Position numbers and translations under genes: made by a program. The notes beneath the pieces are model-generated. The model did no database searches. It had not been told where the DNA came from and was given only the letters and a program-made list of their open reading frames with translations. Below, piece by piece: positions 1-10,524 of a DNA stretch of 64,000 bases; the first letter of the stretch is position 1; every line of letters starts with the position of its first letter. Where the stretch lies: assembly GCA_037443035.1 (NCBI GenBank), contig JBBIPC010000017.1, positions 26,060-90,059 on the forward strand. Reading direction: 5' to 3'. This stretch comes from Chthonomonadales bacterium. Lineage in GTDB: Bacteria > Armatimonadota > Chthonomonadetes > Chthonomonadales > CAJBBX01.

Positions 1-813
1 AGGAGACGCGACAATATCATTGGGCAGGAGCAAACTCCAACGTGGGGTTAGATTGCGCCCCATGAAGCAGTGGAGGCGAGAACCACCGGCAGCGTAGACG
101 TAATCGCCCCAGACGACAGGGGACTGACGCAGCACCGTACCGCCGAGCCTAGCCGAGTAGCGCTCCTTGCCCGTCGCGGCGCCGATGGCGTGGAGGACCT
201 GATCGAGGGAGATCACGTAGACGATACCATTGGCGACGGCTGGTGCGCCAGCGATCTCGTCCTGCGTCTTGAAACCGCCCTTCCAGCTCGGCACTTCAGC
301 GCCAGTGCGCGTATCGATGGCGAAGACGCGTCCGTCGGCAGCGCCAAAGTAGACCACACCGTCAGCGATGGTTGGAGCGCCCCCCACACTCGTTCGCGTG
401 TCGAACAGCCACGTGCCCTTGCCCGTCTCGGTATGCAGTGCATAGAGCCGTCCGTCGTCCGCACCAAAATACAGCATATCATCGAGAACGGCCGGAGTGC
501 TGCGTATGCGCGTCGATAGGGGAGCGTCCTGAGGAAAACGCCACTTGAGAGCGCCGGTCTCGACATCCAGCGCGTACATTCTGTCCCCGCATGCAAAGTA
601 CACAGTGTCTCCCGAGACCACAGGAGCAGATGGGTTGTTGGTATCGTATGTTGCAGTGTATTTCCAGGACAGCGACAGAGGGAGCGTCAGCCGCTCCGCT
701 CGAGAGCTGGCAACCGCCGATGCGGCAAGTACCAGCACCATCACCGCAGCGAGGACACACCAGCCATGCCCTCGCCGGAGCGCAGTCGAGTGGACCATCG
801 GCGAAAATGCCAT
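1..813 (-). CDS. PQQ-binding-like beta-propeller repeat protein (BamB-like), secreted; 3' end lies outside the window
   Basis: Not in the ORF track because there is no stop in the window. Manual translation from ATG 813: MAFSPMVHSTALRRGHGWCVLAAVMVLVLAASAVASS...VYFACGDRMYALDVETGALKWRF...LYFGADDGRLYALHTETGKGTW...VYFGAADGRVFAIDTRTG. It has repeated PQQ-propeller motifs, a signal-like N-terminus and an upstream GGGAG RBS-like element. Confidence 0.88.
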   Translation of the reverse strand, partial: MAFSPMVHSTALRRGHGWCVLAAVMVLVLAASAVASSRAERLTLPLSLSWKYTATYDTNNPSAPVVSGDTVYFACGDRMYALDVETGALKWRFPQDAPLSTRIRSTPAVLDDMLYFGADDGRLYALHTETGKGTWLFDTRTSVGGAPTIADGVVYFGAADGRVFAIDTRTGAEVPSWKGGFKTQDEIAGAPAVANGIVYVISLDQVLHAIGAATGKERYSARLGGTVLRQSPVVWGDYVYAAGGSRLHCFMGRNLTPRWSLLLPNDIVASP

Positions 814-911
814 AGCTTGTCGTACTCCCTTCATGACATTCGAGACGGGTACGCGGGTACTGCTGCGGACCCCGACGGATGAGACAGTCCGAACCCTGTT
901 ACCCCTATGCG

Positions 912-940
912 AGTATATCGAAACGAACGGCTGCTGTCAA
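912..940 (-). promoter_or_regulatory. sigma70-type promoter of the PQQ-repeat gene
   Basis: The minus strand reads TTGACA-17 nt-TATACT about 100 nt upstream of ATG 813. Confidence 0.7.
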
Positions 941-1032
941 GCCACGTACGTGACTGCCGCCTGGCAAGTGGGCTAGCCCTCTTTGCTTCCAGCCGCGGTT
1001 GACGCAGTGGCTCGGCGGAGGAAGCATACAGC

Positions 1033-2919
1033 GTGGGCGTCGAATCCTTTCCTGACTCCGTGATCTCCAACCGGCTGGACTCCATTCTCGCGAAGGTTAC
1101 CAAGCCTGCCCGCTATGTGGGAGGCGAGGTCAATGCCGTCGTGAAACCGAGCGGCACATACGATACACGCATAGCTCTGGCGTTCCCCGATGTATACGAG
1201 GTCGGCATGAGCAACCTCGCGCTTGCCATTCTGTATGACGTTCTGAACGCTCGGGAGGATACATGGGCTGAGCGTGTCTTCGCGCCCTGGCCAGATGCGG
1301 AGGAGCTATTCCGTCAGCATGCGATACCGCTTTATAGCCTGGAGAGCCGGACACCAATCCGGCAGTTCGACATTCTCGGGTTCAGTCTGGCTTTCGAGCT
1401 CTGCTACACGAACGTGTTGAACATGCTGGATTTGGCGGGCATCCCTGTCCACTCAGCGGACCGTACGGAGGATCATCCCCTCGTCATTGCGGGTGGCCAC
1501 TGTGCTCTGACGCCCGAGCCGATGGCACCCTTCATCGATGCCTTTGTCATCGGCGACGGCGAGGAGGTGGTCCACGAGATCGTGGACGTCTATCGTCGCG
1601 TCGGTCGCACTTCGCGTCCACGGCTGCTTCGCGCACTGGCCAACGTCCCGGGTATCTATGTGCCCGCGCTGTATAGGGTTGTGGATGCGTCCGTCGCACC
1701 TCCGGAACCGGCGGCGGAAGGAGTTCCCGGGCGTATCGAGCGGCGGCGCGTGGCCGATCTCGACAAGGTACGGTTCCCGGTCAAGCCCATCGTACCGCTC
1801 GTGGAGGTCGTTCACGATAGAGTTTCCATCGAGGTCATGCGGGGATGTACGCGGGGGTGTCGGTTCTGCCAGGCTGGCATGATCACCCGACCTGTCAGGG
1901 AGCGGAGCGCAGCTCAGGTCGTTCGTTTGGCGGAGCAACTCTTGAGAGCGACGGGGCACGAGGAGATCTCGCTGGTGTCGCTATCCACGTCCGACCACAG
2001 CGAAGTGGAGCAGATGGTGGATCGCCTCATTTCGCAACATGGAGGGCGCGGCATCGGCGTGTCGCTGCCGTCCCTGCGGGCCGATCGAGACTGTGTTCAC
2101 CTGGCTTCCCGTATACAGTCGGTGCGCAAGTCTGGCTTGACCTTCGCCCCAGAAGCAGGTACGCAACGGCTTCGTGACGCCATCAACAAGGGCGTGACCG
2201 AGGACGATCTCATGCGGGCTGCCGAGGCGGCATTCGAGGCTGGTTGGCGGCACATCAAGCTCTACTTCATGATTGGGCTACCGACGGAGACCGACGACGA
2301 CGTGGTCGCGATCGCTGACCTGGCTGGACGTGTGGCAGCTATTGGCCGCAGGCACGCTGGCCGTGCAGCGAGCGTTGCCGTCACCGTGTCCGGGTTCGTT
2401 CCGAAGCCGCACACACCATTCCAGTGGCGGGCTCAAGACCCACCGGAGGAACTCATGCGCAAGCAGCGCCTACTGCGCCAGGTCGTGCGCGACAGGGCGG
2501 TGACGCTGAAGTTCCACGATCCGAAGGTCTCGTGGATAGAGGGGGTACTGGCGCGCGGGGGCCGGGCCGTTGCCGGCTCGGTTCTCCGCGCTTGGCGCAT
2601 GGGGGCGCGTTTCGATGCGTGGGATGAGTATTTCAGCTTCGACCGCTGGACAGAAGTGTTTCGTCAGGCATCGGTGGATCCCCACCTGACCACAGGCCGT
2701 GTTCGCGGGTATCATGAACCGCTACCGTGGGATCACATCGATGCTGGGGTGGCGAAGGCGTATCTTCGGGCAGAGGATCGTCGGGCCGAGCGTGGCCAGC
2801 GTACCGAAGACTGTCACACGGGACCATGCACCTTCTGCCTGGCATGTGACCGGTGGCTCGCGGAGCGCCCTGCGAGGGGTACTCACGACCAGTCGCGAGG
2901 AGGACGCACAAGTGAGTAG
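1033..2919 (+). CDS. TIGR03960-family B12-binding-like radical SAM protein
   Basis: N-terminal KPARYVGGEVN and FPDVYEVGMSN, radical SAM motif RGCTRGCRFCQAG, C-terminal LPWDHID and a Cys cluster (DCHTGPCTFCLAC). Confidence 0.88.
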   Translation: MGVESFPDSVISNRLDSILAKVTKPARYVGGEVNAVVKPSGTYDTRIALAFPDVYEVGMSNLALAILYDVLNAREDTWAERVFAPWPDAEELFRQHAIPLYSLESRTPIRQFDILGFSLAFELCYTNVLNMLDLAGIPVHSADRTEDHPLVIAGGHCALTPEPMAPFIDAFVIGDGEEVVHEIVDVYRRVGRTSRPRLLRALANVPGIYVPALYRVVDASVAPPEPAAEGVPGRIERRRVADLDKVRFPVKPIVPLVEVVHDRVSIEVMRGCTRGCRFCQAGMITRPVRERSAAQVVRLAEQLLRATGHEEISLVSLSTSDHSEVEQMVDRLISQHGGRGIGVSLPSLRADRDCVHLASRIQSVRKSGLTFAPEAGTQRLRDAINKGVTEDDLMRAAEAAFEAGWRHIKLYFMIGLPTETDDDVVAIADLAGRVAAIGRRHAGRAASVAVTVSGFVPKPHTPFQWRAQDPPEELMRKQRLLRQVVRDRAVTLKFHDPKVSWIEGVLARGGRAVAGSVLRAWRMGARFDAWDEYFSFDRWTEVFRQASVDPHLTTGRVRGYHEPLPWDHIDAGVAKAYLRAEDRRAERGQRTEDCHTGPCTFCLACDRWLAERPARGTHDQSRGGRTSE

Positions 2920-3247
2920 ATTCGATAACATTCCAGACGAAGACATCAGGACCGTGGAGCGGATCTCGAACGTGGCCACATACTGCGCAGACAGGCTACC
3001 GTCCTCTGCCCCATCTCCTTGGCAGGCCGTGGCCTACGAAGCTATCCTAGAGGCGTGTCTTCGTGACTGGGTAGATGCTGGTACGGAGTTTCTGGACAGC
3101 GATGATGCGGACAACCTTGCCAGCATCGTGGCGGCTGCTGCCGAGACGGCGCTCCAGCAGCGTGCCGACCTGCGCGACGTTGCATTCCGGACGATTCTCA
3201 GAGGCTGGTTGTCGGACTGGGTGCAGAACTGGCGAGGCGAAGAGTAG
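2912..3247 (+). CDS. hypothetical protein (111 aa) with a two-fold internal repeat
   Basis: GTG start at 2912 after GGAGGA overlaps the radical SAM stop. The ORF-track extension to 2699 lies inside the upstream gene. Confidence 0.7.
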   Translation: MSRFDNIPDEDIRTVERISNVATYCADRLPSSAPSPWQAVAYEAILEACLRDWVDAGTEFLDSDDADNLASIVAAAAETALQQRADLRDVAFRTILRGWLSDWVQNWRGEE

Positions 3248-3333
3248 GCTCTCCATGGCGCGCGTTACGACACGGCGGAGTGCTCGCCCGACGAAGCGTC
3301 TGTCGCGCATCGGCCGAATCGTGAGGCAGCTAG

Positions 3334-5316
3334 ATGAGTAGCGAGCACAGTGGCCTTCCACGCCTCCAGTTGCTCCGCATCATGGAAACGGCGCGGCAGG
3401 GCGACCGACGAGAAGGCATTCTCCTACGGCAGAGCAAAGGCTGGTTCGCAGTAGGGGGCATGGGGCAGGAAGGGATGGCGGCCCTCGCGTACACCATCCG
3501 CGACGATGACATCCTCTTTCCCTACTACCGCGATCGGGCCCTCTGTCTTGCGAGAGGGCTGACCACCTACGATCTGGCGCTGGCGTTTTTCGCCGCAAGC
3601 GACTCCATGACAGCAGGTCGTCAGATGCCAGGCCATTACGGCCGCTGGAGCCTGGGCATCTTCTCTGTCGCAACTCCCACGGCAAGCCAGTGTCTTCCTG
3701 CGGCCGGGGCCGCCTGGGCCGTGAAGCTGGAAGGCAGCGACCGCGTGGTGCTGTGCTCGGTCGGTGACGCCGCATTGCGCCAGGGTGAGTACTACGAAGC
3801 AGTCTCTTTCGCGGTACAGGAGCAGCTACCGCTCGTTTTCGTCATCGAGGACAATGGCTACGGAATCAGTACGCCGACGAACCGTCACAATCCGTACCGA
3901 CTCGGGATCTTCAACGACGCCAACGTGATTCGTGTGGATGGAAGGGATGTCCAGGCGGTCTATGCAGCTGGATGCGAAGCCGTGAGCCGGGCCCGTCGCG
4001 GGCAGGGGCCGTCCGTGCTCTGGTGCGAAATGGATCGGCTATGTTCTCACACGTCTTCCGATGACCACCGTGTATATCGAGACGAGGCGGAGCTCCAAGC
4101 TATGGAAGCTCGCGATCCCATTCGCCGTTTGGCAGCAGAGCTGATGCAAGAGGGCATTCTTACGGCAGAACAGTGGGCGGTCATGCAAGCCGAGATCGCG
4201 CGCGAAGTGGAAGATACGTATGCGAAGGCATGGCAAGCGCCCCGACCGTCGGGACAGGACGTCGTACGCCACGTGTACGCCGATAATGCAGACATTCCGT
4301 CTCTGCCGGAGGAGGTTGCAAGCAAACTACGAGCCGAGTCGCCAACCACCATGGTGCAAGCGATTGTGGAGACGCTGAACGCGGCGCTGGCGAGCGATGC
4401 CAGAGTGATCCTCTTCGGTGAAGATATCGAGGACCCCAAAGGGGGCGTCTTCGGGCTCACGCGTGGACTGAGCACCAGCTATCCCGGTCGTGTCGTGAAC
4501 TCGCCGCTGGCGGAAGCGACCATCGTCGGTCTGGGAGTTGGTCTGGCAGCGTGCGGATGGAAACCGGCTTTCGAGATCCAGTTCATAGACTTCATGGGCC
4601 CTGCGTTCAACCAACTGGTCAACCAGGCGGCGACCCTTCGATGGCGCACAGCCGGAGATCAGGCGTGTCCCATGGTGCTCCTGGCACCGGCGGGAGCATA
4701 CTTGCCAGGTGGTGGGATATGGCACAGTCAGACGAACGAAGGCCTCTGGACACACGTGCCTGGGCTTCGCGTCTGCGTCCCTAGCACCCCAGCAGACGCG
4801 GCATCCATGCTGTGGGCTGCACTCCATATGGGCGATCCGGTTCTGTACCTCATTCCCAAGCACCTGTTCCGCAAGCGGATGCCGTTCGATACTGTGGAAG
4901 CATGCGAAGTCGGCAAGTGCGCCATTCGGCGTACGGGCAGCGACGTAACACTCGTTACGTGGGGCAACGGGACCGAGCTGGCTGAGGAGTGCGCCAACCT
5001 TGCCAAGGCCGAAGGAGTTTCCGTGGAGCTCCTGGATCTGCGGTGGCTCGATCCGTGCGACTGGGACGGCATCACGGCTTCGCTGGAGAAAACGGGACGG
5101 CTGGTCGTCCTGCACGAGGACAGCCGCACTGGCGGTTTCGGCGATACAGTTGTTGCAGAGATGACCGCTCGGCCGGAACGATGGAATCTTTTCCTGGCTC
5201 CTCCTCAGATCGTCGCGCGTGAGGATACGCCCGTTCCATTCGCACCAGTGCTGGAATACGCCGTGCTGCCCGATGTCGAACGTGTGATGCAGGCGATACG
5301 GGAGGTCATGCGTTAG
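3334..5316 (+). CDS. 2-oxoacid dehydrogenase E1, fused alpha/beta subunits (ThDP-dependent)
   Basis: GQEG, PYYRD, ThDP motif GDAALRQGEYYE...DNGYGIS, SHTSSDD; beta half has GEDI..KGGVF, NSPLAEATIVG, EIQFIDF and HSQ. Confidence 0.9.
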   Translation: MSSEHSGLPRLQLLRIMETARQGDRREGILLRQSKGWFAVGGMGQEGMAALAYTIRDDDILFPYYRDRALCLARGLTTYDLALAFFAASDSMTAGRQMPGHYGRWSLGIFSVATPTASQCLPAAGAAWAVKLEGSDRVVLCSVGDAALRQGEYYEAVSFAVQEQLPLVFVIEDNGYGISTPTNRHNPYRLGIFNDANVIRVDGRDVQAVYAAGCEAVSRARRGQGPSVLWCEMDRLCSHTSSDDHRVYRDEAELQAMEARDPIRRLAAELMQEGILTAEQWAVMQAEIAREVEDTYAKAWQAPRPSGQDVVRHVYADNADIPSLPEEVASKLRAESPTTMVQAIVETLNAALASDARVILFGEDIEDPKGGVFGLTRGLSTSYPGRVVNSPLAEATIVGLGVGLAACGWKPAFEIQFIDFMGPAFNQLVNQAATLRWRTAGDQACPMVLLAPAGAYLPGGGIWHSQTNEGLWTHVPGLRVCVPSTPADAASMLWAALHMGDPVLYLIPKHLFRKRMPFDTVEACEVGKCAIRRTGSDVTLVTWGNGTELAEECANLAKAEGVSVELLDLRWLDPCDWDGITASLEKTGRLVVLHEDSRTGGFGDTVVAEMTARPERWNLFLAPPQIVAREDTPVPFAPVLEYAVLPDVERVMQAIREVMR

Positions 5317-5358
5317 CCTGCTCCAAATCCTGAGCGAGTTGGGATGGCACTCTAGACC

Positions 5359-6564
5359 ATGGGGATCTATAACGTAACGGTACCGCAGATGGGCGAAGGG
5401 CTTCAGGAAGCGCGATTGGTGCGGCTGCTGAAGCAGCCTGGTGAGGTCATCGCACGGGACGAGCCGATCTTCGAAATGGAGACCGACAAGGCGACGATGG
5501 AGATCGAGTCGCCGGTCGCCGGTACCTTGATCGAGTGGCTGGTAACAGAGAACTCAGTTGTCGCCATCGGCGCCGTCGTTGGTAGGATCGAGGCCGAAGG
5601 CACGGATGTGCCTGCTTCCGTAGGCAGGCCGGAGCGCGAATCCGGAAGGGTCGGTGCGGAACCCGTCCCGGCTGGGGCGGCGGCATCCGCGCGGAACGCC
5701 CTCATACCGCCGAGGACGAGAGCGTATGCACGGGAGTGCGGCGTCAGCGATGCGGAGCTGGTGGACCTTGCCAATCGTCTAGGTACGCGAGTGATGCCTG
5801 CAGACGTGGACCGATATGTGGCAGAGCGGCGACCAGAAGCTGTGGTACCGGCATCTCCCGCGGCTACGCAGGACCTTATGCCCTTGTCACCGAGCCAACG
5901 CACGCTGGTCTATCGCATGCAGCAACGAGCCGGCGAGGTGATTCCCGCTACCGAGGAGACTGTCCTTGCCTGGTCGCCGGTGGACGCAGCGAGGACATCT
6001 CTGAAACGCCAGGCGCGGACAAACGGGATGCCCGTGCCAACGCCGTTCCTGTTGGTCGCATGGTGCGTCGTGCGTGCCGCTGCTCGTTTTCCCGTGCTTC
6101 GCTGTTCCTACGCTGGCGAGGGCATGCTGCGTAGGCATCCACACCTCAACCTGGGTCTGGCAGTCGCTCGCGGAGAGGATGAATTGCTCACTGCTACGAT
6201 TGGAGCCGCTGATACATTGTCGTTCCGGGAGTTCGTGCTGACGGCAGTGGACGCCGTCAAACGTGCCAGAGCCGGCGAGGACCAGGCCAACAGCAGCATA
6301 CAGTTCACCCTCTCGAACCTAGCGGGGCATGACATTGTGCGCGCAACGCCGGTGATCGTTGCGCCGGCCATCGCAACGCTGTTCATCGGGTCTGTGCATC
6401 TGGCTCCGTTCGCCAGAGACGACGGCTCCGTCTCGTTCGAGCGTTGCGCGACCGCCACGCTCACATTCGATCACCGAGTGATGAACGGCGTAGGAGCAGC
6501 CAGCTTCTTGTCGGAGTTGCGACGACAGGTAGAAGCCTTGCCCACAGCGTCGCTCACTCTGTGA
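5359..6564 (+). CDS. 2-oxoacid dehydrogenase E2, dihydrolipoamide acyltransferase
   Basis: Lipoyl domain METDKATMEIESP, subunit-binding-like segment, and catalytic FDHRVMNG motif. Confidence 0.88.
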   Translation: MGIYNVTVPQMGEGLQEARLVRLLKQPGEVIARDEPIFEMETDKATMEIESPVAGTLIEWLVTENSVVAIGAVVGRIEAEGTDVPASVGRPERESGRVGAEPVPAGAAASARNALIPPRTRAYARECGVSDAELVDLANRLGTRVMPADVDRYVAERRPEAVVPASPAATQDLMPLSPSQRTLVYRMQQRAGEVIPATEETVLAWSPVDAARTSLKRQARTNGMPVPTPFLLVAWCVVRAAARFPVLRCSYAGEGMLRRHPHLNLGLAVARGEDELLTATIGAADTLSFREFVLTAVDAVKRARAGEDQANSSIQFTLSNLAGHDIVRATPVIVAPAIATLFIGSVHLAPFARDDGSVSFERCATATLTFDHRVMNGVGAASFLSELRRQVEALPTASLTL

Positions 6565-6681
6565 CGTGGGCCGGACGACCGCTGCTGTGAACGTGCGGTC
6601 CGTCGAGCGAAGAGGACGGAAGGGGAACTGGACTGACGCCCCTTTCATCCTCACTAGGTCTGCAGCCGTCTCGGCTCGCGA

Positions 6682-8718
6682 CTAGCGCCCTAGCAGAGCT
6701 TTCACCTGGATGACAACGTTCTCGGGCGTGAAGCCGAACTCCTGGAGAAGCTTCTCTGCGGGCGCAGAGGCGCCGAAGCTGGTCATACCGATTACCACAC
6801 CGTCGGAGCCAGTGTACTTGTGCCAGCCGAGTGGCGATGCTGCTTCGATGGCAACGCGTGGTGTGCCGGGAGGCAAGACCGCCTGTCTGTAGGGCTCGGG
6901 TTGGCTGTCGAAAAGCTCCCAGGACGGCATGCTAACGACCCGTGCCGGAATCCCTTGCTCGAGCAGCAGCGTGCGTGCCTGCACCGCTATGGAGACTTCG
7001 GAGCCGCTCGCGAGAAGTAGGACGTCCGGCTTGCCGTTCGGTGCGTCGTACAGGATGTAGGCACCGCGACGGAGATCCTCGGCGGTACCTGCGACGGTCC
7101 TGTCGAAGTTCGGAAGCTTCTGGCGGCTCAGAACAAGCGCCACGGGGCCATCCTTCCGCTGGCAAGCCACACGCCAGGCCTCCGCGACCTCGTTGGCGTC
7201 TGCGGGTCGAATAGTCACCAGGTGGGGTGTGGCACGCAGAGCGGCCAATTGCTCGATGGGCTGATGCGTAGGTCCGTCCTCGCCCAGCGCGATGGAGTCG
7301 TGGGTGAAGACGTAGATGACCGGCAACTCCATGAGCGCAGAAAGCCGCAGCGCGGGCTTGAGGTAATCGGCGAAATTGAAGAACGTCGCCACGAACGGAC
7401 GGACACCCCCGTGGAGGGCCATGCCGTTGGCCGCCGCAGCCATGGCATGTTCTCGTACCCCCCAATGGATATTGCGACCTTCGTAGCCCCATGGTCCACC
7501 GACGGCGCCTTCGGCTCCGGCTGGCAGATCGGGCGGCTCGAAGTCGCCGAGACCCTTGAGAGCAGTGTTGGTCGAGGGGTTGAGATCGGCCGAGCCACCC
7601 ACAAGAGCAGGGTAGCGCGGAGCAATCGCATTCAAGACCTTACCGGATGTCGCACGCGTTGCGGCTGCGTCGCCGACGCCGAATACTGGAATGTCCTTGT
7701 CCCAGCCTGCCGGAAGAATGCCTTCTTGAGCCTCATGCCATTGCCTCGCGAGGTCTGGATTGGCGGCTGCCCACTCGCGGTGCAAAGCCTCCCAAGCGTG
7801 GCGGGCGTTCTTGCCATGGTCCAGCGCCATGCGAAAATGCGCGAGGGCTTCCTCTGGCACGAAGAATTCCTTGTCCTCGGGAAAGCCTAGTGCCCGCTTC
7901 GTGGCCGCTACTTCGTCCTTACCAAGGGGGGAGCCGTGGGACTCGGATGATCCAGCCTTGCTGGGTGATCCGTATCCGATGACCGTTTTCACGACGACCA
8001 AACTGGGACGCGAAAGGTCAGCACGAGCTTGCCGGAGAGCAGCGTCTATGGCGTCGATGTCGTTGCCATCAGCGACATGGACTACTTGCCAGCCGTAAGC
8101 CTCGAACCGCTTACCTACGTCCTCCGTGAAGCAGAGGCTAGTGGACCCAGCAAGGGAGATGTCATTGCTATCGTACAGACAGATGAGTTTGCCAAGACGC
8201 AAGTGGCCTGCGATGGATGCAGCTTCAGCAGCTACCCCCTCCATCATGTCGCCATCCGAAGCGAGGACGTATGTGAAGTGGTCTACGAGCCTGTGAACGG
8301 GCGTATTGTAACGCGCTGCAAGGTGGGCTTCCGCCATCGCCATGCCGACAGCAGTGGCGAACCCCTGACCCAGAGGACCAGTGGTGGTCTCGACGCCCGG
8401 TGTGATGCCATACTCGGGATGGCCGGGTGTCTTGCTCTGCCACTGACGGAAGGCTCGAAGGTCGTCGAGACTGACATCGTAGCCGGTAAGATGGAGGAGG
8501 CTGAACAGGAGCATGGAGCCATGCCCGCCGGACAAGACGAACCGGTCGCGGTCCGGCCATCGTGGGCAGGCTGGATCATGCTTCAGGTGGCGCGTCCAAA
8601 GGACATAGGCCATGGGCGCAGCTCCCAAGGGCAATCCCGGATGTCCGGAGTTAGCCTTCTGGATGGCGTCTATGGAGAGGGTGCGAATGCTGTTGATGCA
8701 CAACTCATCGATCGTCAT
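6682..8718 (-). CDS. tkt: transketolase
   Basis: [50 protein letters not shown]. Start placed at MTIDELC (8718) rather than 8838. Confidence 0.96.
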   Translation of the reverse strand: MTIDELCINSIRTLSIDAIQKANSGHPGLPLGAAPMAYVLWTRHLKHDPACPRWPDRDRFVLSGGHGSMLLFSLLHLTGYDVSLDDLRAFRQWQSKTPGHPEYGITPGVETTTGPLGQGFATAVGMAMAEAHLAARYNTPVHRLVDHFTYVLASDGDMMEGVAAEAASIAGHLRLGKLICLYDSNDISLAGSTSLCFTEDVGKRFEAYGWQVVHVADGNDIDAIDAALRQARADLSRPSLVVVKTVIGYGSPSKAGSSESHGSPLGKDEVAATKRALGFPEDKEFFVPEEALAHFRMALDHGKNARHAWEALHREWAAANPDLARQWHEAQEGILPAGWDKDIPVFGVGDAAATRATSGKVLNAIAPRYPALVGGSADLNPSTNTALKGLGDFEPPDLPAGAEGAVGGPWGYEGRNIHWGVREHAMAAAANGMALHGGVRPFVATFFNFADYLKPALRLSALMELPVIYVFTHDSIALGEDGPTHQPIEQLAALRATPHLVTIRPADANEVAEAWRVACQRKDGPVALVLSRQKLPNFDRTVAGTAEDLRRGAYILYDAPNGKPDVLLLASGSEVSIAVQARTLLLEQGIPARVVSMPSWELFDSQPEPYRQAVLPPGTPRVAIEAASPLGWHKYTGSDGVVIGMTSFGASAPAEKLLQEFGFTPENVVIQVKALLGR

Positions 8719-8799
8719 GCTGTTCTCCGTACAGAGGGCTTGCACGCGCTGATGCGCATTGTGCGAAACAATGCACAGTATACCTTCGGCGAGGATCGC

Positions 8800-9522
8800 A
8801 TGGCCAAGGAAGCTAGCGAGCATATCCAGGTCTCCCATTGCGACCCACGGCCTCTCATGGTCAGGAATGCCGAGCGCGTCCTTCGTCCAATCTTTCGGGT
8901 GCTACTCCGGGGATTGCTGGGCTGTCTAGGTGGCGTTCGCGTGGAAGGACTGGAGAGAGTGCCAGCGACTGGTGGCGTCATCCTGGCACCGAACCACCGG
9001 TCCCATCTCGATCCGGTTCTTATTGGCGTCCTGTCGCAGCGGCCGGTGTGGTTTCTCGCTACCGATGAGCTTTTCGACATTCCCGTCATCGGGTCGTTGT
9101 CCGCAGTCTTCCGCGCCTTCCCCATTCGCCAGGACTCGCCCGATCGAGCAGCCTTGCGACGAGCGGAGAGCCTCCTACGTGGTGGCGAGGTGCTCGTGGT
9201 GTTCCCCGAGGGGCATGAGAGCCTGGATGGCCAGTTGCAGCCGCTGCAGGGAGGCGTCATTCTATTGGCGGAGCGTGCGTCGGTGCCGGTCGTGCCCGTG
9301 GGAATCTCGGGATCGGAGCGTGTCCTACCACCGCGAGAGTGGCATCCTCGGCACGGAGGCGAACCGGTCGTTGTCCGGTTTGGTGAGCCAGTGTCGGCCG
9401 AGCTGCTCACCGGGAATCTCAGGGGTAAGGCTGCCTGGCGCCGGGGCTCCGAGACACTGGCCCGGGCTATCGCAGGGCTCGCCGAGCCTTCGATGCTGGA
9501 ACGAGAGGGAAGTATGAGCTGA
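8800..9522 (+). CDS. plsC: 1-acyl-sn-glycerol-3-phosphate acyltransferase (PlsC family)
   Basis: NHRSHLD (HxxxxD) and VFPEG motifs. ATG 8800 follows GAGGA; the upstream part of ORF 8029 is antisense to tkt. Confidence 0.82.
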   Translation: MAKEASEHIQVSHCDPRPLMVRNAERVLRPIFRVLLRGLLGCLGGVRVEGLERVPATGGVILAPNHRSHLDPVLIGVLSQRPVWFLATDELFDIPVIGSLSAVFRAFPIRQDSPDRAALRRAESLLRGGEVLVVFPEGHESLDGQLQPLQGGVILLAERASVPVVPVGISGSERVLPPREWHPRHGGEPVVVRFGEPVSAELLTGNLRGKAAWRRGSETLARAIAGLAEPSMLEREGSMS

Positions 9523-9612
9523 CCAGAATCTCCCCCACGGTAGGGCATCCTGCAGGAGTCAAGGGGTAGAATGACGAAAAGCTGTCTACACCGATTGTGA
9601 GGAGATCCTGTA

Positions 9613-9882
9613 ATGCCTTACGTAATCTGCGAGCCCTGCATCAATGTGAAGGACAAGGCTTGTGTCGCCGTCTGTCCGGTGGACTGCATCCATGAGGGGG
9701 TGCTAACGGACGACGATGGTACCGAGTACGACATGCTGTTCATCAATCCGGACGAATGCATTGACTGCGGGCTCTGCGAGCCGGAGTGCCCGGTGAATGC
9801 CATCTTCGCCGACACCGACGTTCCCAGCAAGTGGGAGAAGTTCACGGCGATCAACGCGAAGTTCTACCAGCAGAAGAAATAA
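9613..9882 (+). CDS. ferredoxin, probably 7Fe ([3Fe-4S]+[4Fe-4S]) type
   Basis: EPCINVKDKACVAVCPVDCI plus CIDCGLCEPECP, with a GAGGAG RBS. Confidence 0.92.
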   Translation: MPYVICEPCINVKDKACVAVCPVDCIHEGVLTDDDGTEYDMLFINPDECIDCGLCEPECPVNAIFADTDVPSKWEKFTAINAKFYQQKK

Positions 9883-9963
9883 CCTCCCACGTTCCCTGAG
9901 CGAGCTGCCGTCGGGCCTCTCATAGGAGAAGGCACGGAGCAGCTCGTTCGTTTCCAAGGTAGC

Positions 9964-10524
9964 ATGCGCATCTACAGTCGAACTGGTGACAGAGGTACCA
10001 CCGGTCTGCCGGGTGGACACCGAGTGGCGAAGAGCGATCCACTTCTCACGGTCTGTGGCGACCTGGACGAGCTCAACGCCCAGCTGGGCCTGGCGGCTAG
10101 TCTGACCGACGATGAGACACTGCTGGAGGCGATAGAAGAGACGCAACGGAGCGTGTTCACCCTCTCGGCGGATCTCGCTGCACTGGGAGGCAAGATGGCG
10201 AAGCAGCGGATTTCCCAGGATCAGGTTCGAGAACTGGAATCGCACATTGACGCTGCAGAAGCCAGTCTGCCCCCGCTGAGCTCCTTCGTGTTTCCAGGCG
10301 GAACACCGGTGGCGGCTGCCCTTCATGTGGCGAGAGCCATCTGCAGACGTGCGGAACGATCGCTGGTGGCGCTCAGCGAAACCCGAGAGGTGCCGGCGCC
10401 GTATCTGGCCCTGACGAACCGGCTGTCGGACTACTTGTTCGTGCTGGCGCGTGTTGCCAACGCAGCGCGCGGCGTCGGTGATGTGGTCTGGTCGGGTGAC
10501 CCAGGAGAGTGTGGCGATGCTTGA
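9964..10524 (+). CDS. ATP:cob(I)alamin adenosyltransferase, PduO type
   Basis: IYSRTGDRGTT, GDLDELNA, ARAICRRAER and NRLSDYLFVLAR motifs. Confidence 0.92.
   Translation: MRIYSRTGDRGTTGLPGGHRVAKSDPLLTVCGDLDELNAQLGLAASLTDDETLLEAIEETQRSVFTLSADLAALGGKMAKQRISQDQVRELESHIDAAEASLPPLSSFVFPGGTPVAAALHVARAICRRAERSLVALSETREVPAPYLALTNRLSDYLFVLARVANAARGVGDVVWSGDPGECGDA

Noticed and set aside
70..976. Plus-strand ORFs 70..519 and 545..976
   Set aside because: Antisense shadows of the real minus-strand PQQ-repeat gene (1..813).
6612..6652. Imperfect inverted repeat between the convergent E2 and tkt genes
   Set aside because: Long loop, mismatches and no clear U-tract; it may be a terminator but is too weak to call.
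8029..8799. Apparent 257-aa N-terminal extension of the PlsC-like ORF
   Set aside because: Mostly antisense to tkt; a good RBS and ATG exist at 8800.
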